DNA of 12,294 nucleotides from an uncultured archaeon. Its GTDB lineage: Archaea > Iainarchaeota > Iainarchaeia > Iainarchaeales > GCA-2688035. The first letter of the stretch is position 1. Every line of letters begins with the position of its first letter. A program made the position numbers and the translations under genes. Under the pieces are notes generated by a model. It was not told the origin of the DNA and ran no database searches. It saw nothing but the letters and a program-made list of their open reading frames with translations. Positions 6,081 to 12,294 of this stretch are shown here, piece by piece. The stretch covers positions 1 to 12,294 of the forward strand of contig CAYHBD010000011.1 of the NCBI GenBank assembly GCA_964354805.1, given 5' to 3'.

Positions 6081-7190
6081 CTAATACCTGTCTATTGTGT
6101 CATAAAATATTATCAGCATTGATTTTTCTCTTTCTTTTTCTGCAAGTTTTTTTGCAGCCGAAAAGGACATGGCGCTTGTGTGCCCCACTTTGTAGCCTTT
6201 CTCGCTTAATTCTTTCAATGCCTCCTGCATTTCCTCTTTTTTTATGAGAATTATGCCATCGGTGATTTCTGCTGCTGAATAGAGGTGCGGGAATTGCACG
6301 CCTATTGCGCCTGTTCCGGGGGCAAAGAATTCTTTGCCCTGCATTTCTTCAATTGAAGGCGGCTTTCTGTGGTAGTTTTTCTCATACCTGCCAGGATATT
6401 TTAATGGATATAGCACTGGCCTTTCAAATGCTTCTATTGCTATTACTTTCATTTTTGGGAAATGCTTTTTCAGTTCCAAGCCAACTCCATACAGTATTAC
6501 GCCGTTGCCTGCTATTCCCAAAAAATAATCTGGTTTTTTTCCTTTAAGCTGCTTTACTATTTCTTTTGCCGCAGTCTGTATTGCCTGCAATGACTCTGTT
6601 ACCTGCGAGTGGTTCACGCAATAAAAGGCTTTTTTACCCGGGTTTTGCAGCCTTTCTTCTTTATTATTGTCCAAAGCTTCCCTCATGGCATTGGCTGCCC
6701 CAAAAACACCCCAGCCCTGCTTTTCAGGATCGGCAATCACTGTTTTGCCGCACTGTGCTCTTGTCAGGTTTTTTCTTTTCTCCGAAATCTCTGCCGGGAG
6801 AAAAGCAATTGTCTCATAGCCAAGCTTGCCTGCAAAGTAACCAAAAGCAGGAGTTGCATTTCCGGAAGAGGTTTCAACCAAAACAAACTTTTCCGGATTT
6901 ATTCCAATCCTCTCCAGTGCACAAAGCAGAACAGGGTAAACCCTGTCATAGTGGCTGCCAGTCGGCCTGTTTTCAAACTCCATTTTAACAAAAAGCCTGT
7001 TGCCGTTCGGCAGAACCAGTCTTTCAAGCGAGGTATGCCCTGGGATTTTCATAAGCTCTTTGAATAATTTTTCTCTTTCCTTGGAAAGCTTTGCCAGCCC
7101 TTTTTTTGGTTTCCATTTAAGCGGCTTTCCTCCACTGCAAAGAATGCTTTTTGCTTTTGGTATTTTTCCTGCTGATTTGCTTGAATACAT
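6081..7190 (-). CDS. Cysteine synthase/tryptophan synthase beta (PLP fold type II) family protein with a non-canonical active site
   Basis: GHTSL, LFVKMEFENRPTGSHYDR (canonical NPxGSxKDR), VETSSGNA, GIAGNG, KVIAIE, VGHTSA, IIFYDTIDRY. Start is either ATG 7190 or TTG 7199. Confidence 0.85.
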   Translation of the reverse strand: MYSSKSAGKIPKAKSILCSGGKPLKWKPKKGLAKLSKEREKLFKELMKIPGHTSLERLVLPNGNRLFVKMEFENRPTGSHYDRVYPVLLCALERIGINPEKFVLVETSSGNATPAFGYFAGKLGYETIAFLPAEISEKRKNLTRAQCGKTVIADPEKQGWGVFGAANAMREALDNNKEERLQNPGKKAFYCVNHSQVTESLQAIQTAAKEIVKQLKGKKPDYFLGIAGNGVILYGVGLELKKHFPKMKVIAIEAFERPVLYPLKYPGRYEKNYHRKPPSIEEMQGKEFFAPGTGAIGVQFPHLYSAAEITDGIILIKKEEMQEALKELSEKGYKVGHTSAMSFSAAKKLAEKEREKSMLIIFYDTIDRY

Positions 7191-7218
7191 ATCAATCAAC
7201 TAAGTTGTGTACCGGATA

Positions 7219-7419
7219 TCACTTTCTGCTTTTCCAGTCTGCAACAAATTTCTCAACGCTTCTATCGTAGCTTTTCTCTGCTTTGGGGCTGAAGAAGCAG
7301 CCCGGCAATTCCCCGTTCTGCCAGTGGTATTTAATGCACTCGCAGCAAACGCCCTTCCTGCTGCAAGGCTCGTAAGTGCAGGGGCAGCTTTGCAGATTCT
7401 TTTCTTTTTTGCATTCCAT
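7219..7419 (-). CDS. Small Cys-rich protein (DUF6485-like, probable metal-binding)
   Basis: MEC...[21 protein letters not shown]...ELPGCFF...YDRS pattern with 8 Cys. GGTGA SD at 7425-7429 favours ATG 7419; alternative start 7431. Confidence 0.75.
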   Translation of the reverse strand: MECKKEKNLQSCPCTYEPCSRKGVCCECIKYHWQNGELPGCFFSPKAEKSYDRSVEKFVADWKSRK

Positions 7420-7439
7420 CTCTTTCACCATTTTTTTCG

Positions 7440-7823
7440 TTAAATGATTTCCACGTTCTTCATGCCCTTGAAGTGCTTGTCCATTGTTTTTAGTTCAGAG
7501 TTGGTTAACTCAGCTGTGGCCTTGATGATTGAGTCGGCCAATGAAAGGCCTGTTTCAATGCTGATTTCTGCCGCATGAACGGCGATTCTTTCGTCCAATG
7601 CAACAATTTCTGTCAAATCAACTATGTGGGCAATGGCCTGGTTTGCGCTCTGCTCGTTCAGGTCTTTTTTTATTTTTTTGTATACCTCAAACAGGACTAT
7701 TGCAGCTGTCTTATAGGTTTCTTTGTTGGCGCTTTGGATTATTTCCGCAACCCTGCCTGTTTTCTGGCCCTTTGAAAAGTACTCAATCCAAAGGCTGCTG
7801 TCAACCAAAACGTTCACTTTCAT
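7440..7823 (-). CDS. vapC: Type II TA toxin, VapC/PIN-domain ribonuclease
   Basis: [32 protein letters not shown]: all four PIN acidic residues are present. Overlaps the upstream antitoxin. Confidence 0.92.
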   Translation of the reverse strand: MKVNVLVDSSLWIEYFSKGQKTGRVAEIIQSANKETYKTAAIVLFEVYKKIKKDLNEQSANQAIAHIVDLTEIVALDERIAVHAAEISIETGLSLADSIIKATAELTNSELKTMDKHFKGMKNVEII

Positions 7824-8013
7824 CCCTCAACCCTTTTGCCGAAACACCTTTCGCCATTCCGGCAGCAGACTTAATGCTCCCTATTTTTACAATCTCAATA
7901 CTGTTGCCCTTTTCAAGCAGGACAAGCTTTTGGCCGGGTTTCAAGCCAAGGTCTTCCCTAGTTTTTTTCGGAATAACTATCTGGAATTTTTCAGACAATG
8001 TCACAGTTTGCAT
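7801..8013 (-). CDS. vapB: Type II TA antitoxin, AbrB/MazE/SpoVT family
   Basis: TLSEKFQIVIPKKTREDLGLKPGQKL AbrB signature; SD GGTGA at 8020-8024; 23-nt overlap with vapC. Confidence 0.9.
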   Translation of the reverse strand: MQTVTLSEKFQIVIPKKTREDLGLKPGQKLVLLEKGNSIEIVKIGSIKSAAGMAKGVSAKGLRDESERFG

Positions 8014-8046
8014 AGTAATTCACCAAACAGATATGGAAGCAAACAA

Positions 8047-8092
8047 TATTTAAATCTTACCAAAACCGAATCGATAGGCAAAAAGTAAGATT
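8047..8092 (-). promoter_or_regulatory. TATA box of the TA operon with an adjacent 8-bp inverted repeat (possible antitoxin operator)
   Basis: Minus-strand TTTAAATA at 8047-8054; AATCTTAC (8053-8060) and GTAAGATT (8085-8092) are reverse complements. Confidence 0.45.
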
Positions 8093-8105
8093 AATGTTTC
8101 TTGCC

Positions 8106-8233
8106 AATTGCGAAGCAATTAGCCCTTTTCTTTTGGTACAGCTTTTCCAGCGAAGCTGTTTTCTTTTAATACACTTTTTCTCGCGAAGCCTTTTCTTTTG
8201 GTACAGCTTTTCTTTTTCTAAAAGAAAAGCTGT
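8106..8233 (-). repeat. Tandem composite repeat: three units of [GCGAAGC mini-hairpin + TTTTCTTTTGGTACAGCTTTTC], ending in a full 43-bp element fused to the tRNA-Leu 3' end
   Basis: GCGAAGC at 8110, 8150 and 8183; 22-mers at 8126-8147, 8159-8180 (degenerate) and 8191-8212; full element 8191-8233 with a perfect 14-bp stem. Confidence 0.88.
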
Positions 8234-8315
8234 GCGGGAGGGAGGACTCGCACCTCCGAAGCCGCTAGGGCATCAGGTCCTAAACCTGACGGAATTGCTG
8301 CTATCCGACTCCCGC
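8233..8315 (-). tRNA. tRNA-Leu(TAG), intronless, long variable arm, CCA not encoded
   Basis: GCGGGAG-TC-GGATAGCAGCAATTCC-G-TCAGG-TTTAGGA-CCTGA-TGCCCTAGCGGCTTC-GGAGG-TGCGAGT-CCTCC-CTCCCGC-A; all stems pair; anticodon TAG. Confidence 0.93.
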
Positions 8316-8365
8316 GTGCATTAAAGAATAAGAAAAAACAATTAAAGAAAGTTGCTTTTTTGGGC

Positions 8366-8617
8366 TTACGGCCCTGTTGTTGCTTCCTTTAGCTTTACGT
8401 TAAAGGATGGCTTTCCAGGCTTTCCTGCTGCGCTGAAAACCATGCCGCAGCCCACGATTATGAAGAAAAATGCGAGCAAAAAGTCAGCTTGTTCCCCTAC
8501 AATATAATAGCCGGAGCGGAAAAAGCCAAGGCTGCTTAACAGAAAAACCACGCTTAAAACTATTAAAATGACTCCGTAAAACAGGTAGCGCGCGTCAGCG
8601 TCAAACAGCTGTGCCAT
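8366..8617 (-). CDS. Small two-TM membrane protein, unknown function
   Basis: Two hydrophobic helices (YLFYGVILIVLSVVFLLSSLGFF; FLLAFFFIIVGCGMVFSA). Minus-strand AAAGGTTTAAATA lies about 25-35 nt upstream of the ATG, implying a leaderless mRNA. Confidence 0.7.
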   Translation of the reverse strand: MAQLFDADARYLFYGVILIVLSVVFLLSSLGFFRSGYYIVGEQADFLLAFFFIIVGCGMVFSAAGKPGKPSFNVKLKEATTGP

Positions 8618-8696
8618 ATGATAATATTGTGCAGGGGCAATATTTAAACCTTTTCTTTAATACGGTTAAGGAGTGAATTTGCGGTTAGCGGACAGT

Positions 8697-8930
8697 TCAG
8701 GTTCTCGCCATTGCAAGCACGTGCAGCTTGTAGTAGCCTTTGCTGAACGTGAAATAACTTGCAAAAATCATCAGGGGCGTTGCAGCGTAGTATGCCAGGG
8801 CAATTAGCATTGAGCCGTTTGCCTGAATGAAGAATCCCTGCACAAGTGTAACAATGCTGAAGCCGACCAGTATGAAAGTGGAAATGAAATACAATGTTGC
8901 AAACAGATTGTATTCGACTTTTGGTTTCAA
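8697..8930 (-). CDS. Small two-TM membrane protein, unknown function
   Basis: Two hydrophobic segments; TTG start preceded by a GGTGA SD (8938-8942) and TTTAAATA boxes. Confidence 0.7.
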   Translation of the reverse strand: MKPKVEYNLFATLYFISTFILVGFSIVTLVQGFFIQANGSMLIALAYYAATPLMIFASYFTFSKGYYKLHVLAMART

Positions 8931-9180
8931 GCGCGTTTCACCAATTTAAATTAATGCATTGCCGTATTTAAAATTTCAAGGCTTGTTTTCAATTGCTGTT
9001 TCGCTGATTTAATTAGTGCAATCCAGTATTTAAAATTTTTCTATAAAAATTAAAAAGGGTTTTTTGTCGAAATGCCCGTTTTTCGCTTGCTCCACAGTTG
9101 CATTTAAATAAGTTTTCCTGCGCTTTAAATATTAAATTTGCTTTAAAATAGCGTTTAAAGGCAAAAGGGGGCGTTTTAAA

Positions 9181-9357
9181 ATGGCGGAGATTTTGGTTGT
9201 AGGGAGCAAGGTAAAGGGCGCAGTCAAATCAGGCGGCTGCAACACTGCAGGGGACTTTGTGTCAGGCCTGAGCAAGGAAGTAGAGGCAATGGTCAAGAAA
9301 GCAATAGCAAGATGCAAGGCAAACAAAAGAAAAACAGTAAGGGCAGCGGATTTGTGA
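9181..9357 (+). CDS. Short histone-fold protein (alpha3-truncated prokaryotic histone, DUF1931/Bd0055-like), 58 aa
   Basis: Not in the ORF track (under 60 aa). Manual translation: MAEILVVGSKVKGAVKSGGCNTAGDFVSGLSKEVEAMVKKAIARCKANKRKTVRAADL*. Has the LVVxSKVK N-terminus and RKTVxxxD histone motif, SD AGGGGG at 9166-9171, and a T-tract after the stop. Confidence 0.92.
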   Translation: MAEILVVGSKVKGAVKSGGCNTAGDFVSGLSKEVEAMVKKAIARCKANKRKTVRAADL

Positions 9358-9359
9358 CG

Positions 9360-9417
9360 TTTCTTTTTTTTTGGATTGGGAGCAACAGGCTCCCTTTCCA
9401 ACAACTATTTTTTTTAT
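9360..9417 (+). terminator. Oligo-T terminator and hairpin between the convergent histone and endA genes
   Basis: T9 run at 9364-9372; TTGGA-tt-GGGAGC-aacag-GCTCCC-tt-TCCAA (9371-9401); second T run near 9408-9415. Confidence 0.55.
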
Positions 9418-9446
9418 TGCCCTTTTCAAAAATCGTGAAATCTGTT

Positions 9447-9956
9447 TTACGGCGTAATCCTTTCAATAGTGTAATAGTTGATGTCATTCTCCGAATCAAC
9501 TACCGCAACAATAAGCATTGTCCTGATGTTTCCGCTCAATCTGACCATCCTGCTAAAGCCAGGCATTGAAAGCCTTTCCTCTTGGGCTGCAACATGCACA
9601 ACCCACTGCGTATGAGCTTGGCCAGGCTTTTTTCCCCTGGGATAAACCCTGAAATCAAAGCCGAATTTGAAACCGGTTTTAACGCAAAAGCCCCTATCCC
9701 TCAAATCCCTGAAAACAATGAATTTGGTGTAAAAATCCTTTTCCTTTTTCTCGGCATACTGGAGCAAAGCCTTTTTTGAAAGCTTTTTTCCATTGCTGCC
9801 CTTCAATGTGATGCTTTTCTTCTCAAGCAGATACAATGCTTCCTTTAAATCCAGAACAAATTCTCGTTCTGTCCTCTCGCCAAAGCCCTTCTGCTGCAGC
9901 TGGCTCTCTATGCGCTTTTTTTCCACAATCACCTTGTTTTGAACCAAAATGCACAT
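9447..9956 (-). CDS. endA: tRNA-intron endonuclease (single-unit, alpha4-size, 169 aa)
   Basis: LDLKEALYLLEK, VFRDLRDRGFCVKTGFKFGFDFRVY, QAH, AVVDSENDINYY. GGGTGA SD (9962-9967) supports ATG 9956 over 10004. Confidence 0.93.
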   Translation of the reverse strand: MCILVQNKVIVEKKRIESQLQQKGFGERTEREFVLDLKEALYLLEKKSITLKGSNGKKLSKKALLQYAEKKEKDFYTKFIVFRDLRDRGFCVKTGFKFGFDFRVYPRGKKPGQAHTQWVVHVAAQEERLSMPGFSRMVRLSGNIRTMLIVAVVDSENDINYYTIERITP

Positions 9957-10095
9957 TTCGCTCACCCTGCAAACAAATTTATGCAATTGCCTTGTTTTGA
10001 ACAAAAAAACCTGTTTTTGCCTGCTGCAAAAGAATTTATATAATTAAACAATACAATATAGTAAACATTTAAAACAAAACCTTTGTGATTGAAAA

Positions 10096-11175
10096 ATGCC
10101 AAAAATCGACCCCTGGGGAAGCGCTGCAATAACAGACTACGAGCACGTCTTCCAGGAATTCGGCCTGAGCAAATTCCCTGAAAGCATGCGGAAACAATTA
10201 AAGCACAGGTTTTTCCAGAGGAACATAATAATTGCCCACAGGGACTTTGAAAAAGTTGCCGAGCGGATAAAGCAAAAAAAGCCGTTCATTAACATCACAG
10301 GCATTGCCTCATCAGGCCCATACCATCTCGGGCACAAGGTTGACATTGACCTCTTCCTTTTCTTCAAGGAACATGGCGCAAAAAACTATTTCTGCGTTTG
10401 CGATCTGGATGCATACTCAAGCAGGGAGAAGATAAAAACAATGCAGGAAGCGAAAGAGATTGCAGTGCAGAACGTGGCTGACGCGCTTGCGCTTGGCTTG
10501 AGCGAGAAAGACATCAGGGTGCAGAGCAGCAGGGAGAAAGAATATTATGGTTTTGCTTTCGAGCTTGGAAAGAAGATTACTGCAAGCACTTTCGAGGCAA
10601 TTTACGGCCACCTTGACTTGGGGAAAGTTAGCGCAAATTTGCTGCAGTATGCAGACATACTGCACTGCCAATTGCCAGCATACAGCGGAAAAATGCCGAG
10701 CATTACAGGCATTGGCTTGGACCAGGACCCGCATGCAAGGGCAACAAGAGACCTTGCAAAAAGGCTTCCTTATGAACTGGAAGTGCCCTCCTTCATTTAC
10801 TTCAGGCACCAGTCAGGGCTGAAGGAAGGCAGCAAGATGAGCAGCAGCGAGCCTGACACAGCAATCTTCCTAAGCGATGGCGAAGCAGATGTAAAGAGAA
10901 AGATTGGCAACTGCTTTACTGGAGGCAGGAACACGGCAGAAGAGCAGAGAGAGCTCGGGGGCAAGCCTGAGATATGCAAAAAATACGAAATTGACCTTTT
11001 CCATCTGGAGAGCGATGCAAAGCTGCGCGACATTTTTGAGAAATGCAAATCAGGAAAGCGATTGTGCGGCGAGTGCAAGCAGCTGACAATCGAATACCTG
11101 AACAGTTTCCTGCGGCAGCACCAAGCTAAAGCGAAAAAGAATTTGGGCAAAGCAAGAAAGCTTGTTTTCGGCTGA
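10096..11175 (+). CDS. trpS: Tryptophan--tRNA ligase (archaeal type)
   Basis: IDPWGS N-terminus, HLGH (HIGH motif), GLDQDPH.R.TRD, KMSSS, FTGGR...EQRELGG, CGECK. Confidence 0.95.
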   Translation: MPKIDPWGSAAITDYEHVFQEFGLSKFPESMRKQLKHRFFQRNIIIAHRDFEKVAERIKQKKPFINITGIASSGPYHLGHKVDIDLFLFFKEHGAKNYFCVCDLDAYSSREKIKTMQEAKEIAVQNVADALALGLSEKDIRVQSSREKEYYGFAFELGKKITASTFEAIYGHLDLGKVSANLLQYADILHCQLPAYSGKMPSITGIGLDQDPHARATRDLAKRLPYELEVPSFIYFRHQSGLKEGSKMSSSEPDTAIFLSDGEADVKRKIGNCFTGGRNTAEEQRELGGKPEICKKYEIDLFHLESDAKLRDIFEKCKSGKRLCGECKQLTIEYLNSFLRQHQAKAKKNLGKARKLVFG

Positions 11176-11181
11176 CTGCTG

Positions 11182-11580
11182 CTATTTCTTTTCCTCTTCC
11201 AATTTCACTGCCTCAATTTCCAGTTTGGGCAGCTTTTCTTCCAGCTCTCGCAGAAGCTTTTTGCTGAACTGGTTGTCCTGTCGTACCAGATAAATTTTGT
11301 CAACCTGCCTGAGCATTGCCAAGTGCTCAATCTTTGTTGCTGTGTCGCCCCACTCGATTATGTCTTCGCATGTTTTCCTTTTCTTTCCAATGGCTGCCTT
11401 CATTTTCTGCATTAAAGCGTTTGCCTGCGCTATTTCTCCTGCGGCAAAGCCGAACTGCCCTGACATTGCGGCAGTGTCGATTACTATAAGCAAAATTATT
11501 TCCTTTGCTTTTGCCGTAATCATTTCAACAAATTCCTCGCTGTCCTCTTTTTTTGAAAGCAGCGGAACCAAGACGCGCAT
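11182..11580 (-). CDS. Universal stress protein (USP)-like protein
   Basis: MRVLVPL start strand, IILLIVID, and IIEWGDTATKIEHLA...VDKIYLV match the USP fold pattern. GGTGA SD supports ATG 11580 over 11640. Confidence 0.6.
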   Translation of the reverse strand: MRVLVPLLSKKEDSEEFVEMITAKAKEIILLIVIDTAAMSGQFGFAAGEIAQANALMQKMKAAIGKKRKTCEDIIEWGDTATKIEHLAMLRQVDKIYLVRQDNQFSKKLLRELEEKLPKLEIEAVKLEEEKK

Positions 11581-11641
11581 TTTCAATTCACCTTGTTTTT
11601 TTACGTTTGTCTTTTTTTGCCAAAAATATTTTCCCTGCACT

Positions 11642-12292
11642 TTATACAGCCTGCATCAGCTCATGTCTTTTTTCAATTATTTCGCCTTCATCCTTCAAAA
11701 ACTCGCATGCTGTTTTAACAAGCGCTGTGCTCAAGCCTGCTTCTGCAGCCAGCTGTTGCACTGTTATGCTTTTCCTCTGCTTAATTAATGAGAGCAATTT
11801 TGCCCTGTGCTTGTTGTAAACCTGGCTTTCAATCACGTAAAAGAATCCGTCAAAGCCCTTGATTCCCCTTATTTTTCCTTCCTCAATCTCTTTGCGCAGC
11901 TGCTGGCTGACTGCCCTTGCAGACTGCTCGTCTTTGCACAGCAGGAAACCGCTTTTTTCCAGCACGCCGCATGCAGCTGCAGGATTGCCTGCATCGCCTG
12001 CCTGATTGCCGTCTTTTTTTTCCTCTTCCAGCTCTGCCCTTGTTTTGTAAACAGCCTTTTTGTATTTGTCGCTCAGCTTGAATGCAACAACGCTGCCCTC
12101 TTTAAGCATTTCCTTGAAGCGCTGCAGCTCTTCCTTATTCAAAAGCTTCTCGAATTTTCCTTCAACCCTGTCCTGCAGCCTCTTCTGCCTAAGCAGTGCA
12201 AAAATCTTTTTGTCAACAGGGCTTTCAATTTTTTCAGCGGCAGGTTGTTTTTCAACCAAAACCCAGATGCCTTTCTTTGCCTTCACCAATTC
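11642..12292 (-). CDS. Hypothetical protein with C-terminal winged HTH (probably 5'-truncated by the window)
   Basis: Frame is open to the window edge. C-terminus KLLSLIKQRKSITVQQLAAEAGLSTALVKTACEFLKDEGEIIEK is wHTH-like. Confidence 0.7.
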   Translation of the reverse strand, partial: ELVKAKKGIWVLVEKQPAAEKIESPVDKKIFALLRQKRLQDRVEGKFEKLLNKEELQRFKEMLKEGSVVAFKLSDKYKKAVYKTRAELEEEKKDGNQAGDAGNPAAACGVLEKSGFLLCKDEQSARAVSQQLRKEIEEGKIRGIKGFDGFFYVIESQVYNKHRAKLLSLIKQRKSITVQQLAAEAGLSTALVKTACEFLKDEGEIIEKRHELMQAV

Positions 12293-12294
12293 GT

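Noticed and set aside
8106-8233. Mini CRISPR array
   Set aside because: The units repeat every 32-40 bp or so, but the intervening parts are only about 10 nt and are themselves conserved hairpins rather than unique spacers; no cas genes are present.
6076-8233. Integrated element at tRNA-Leu with att sites
   Set aside because: No integrase, and I found no duplicated tRNA 3' end in the window; at most a variable islet.
8316-8350. Leaderless tRNA promoter implying loss of RNase P
   Set aside because: Only a weak TTTAATTG at about -27 with no purine-rich BRE, and tRNA-Val does not show the same spacing.
9132-9499. ORFs 9132-9404(-), 9293-9499(-) and 9312-9569(+)
   Set aside because: Shadows of the real histone gene (9181-9357 +) and endA.

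Overview
Archaeal chromosomal window. TATA/BRE promoters, GGTGA-type Shine-Dalgarno (SD) sites, Alba, EndA and an archaeal TrpRS show it is archaeal; a DPANN origin, possibly Diapherotrites/Iainarchaeota-like, is my inference only. Gene order: 5'-truncated membrane protein, albA, coiled-coil/winged-helix protein, stand-alone HerA/FtsK-family ATPase, bacterial-type tgt, tRNA-Val(CAC), secreted coiled-coil membrane protein, a tight minus-strand run (AbrB antitoxin, VapC, Cys-rich DUF6485-like protein, cysteine-synthase-fold protein), tRNA-Leu(TAG), two small membrane proteins, a 58-aa short histone missing from the ORF track, endA, trpS, a USP-like protein and a truncated wHTH protein. Most notable: (1) a dispersed 43-bp hairpin repeat that abuts the 3' end of both tRNA genes and is interleaved with GCGAAGC mini-hairpins; (2) a CysK-fold protein with the PLP lysine replaced by Tyr, apparently co-transcribed with a toxin-antitoxin pair; (3) a helically phased TCATGA palindrome array over the wHTH gene promoter; (4) a queuosine-type TGT with a hybrid pocket in an archaeon; (5) an EndA lacking the catalytic Lys. 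All family calls come from motif recognition by eye, not database searches.
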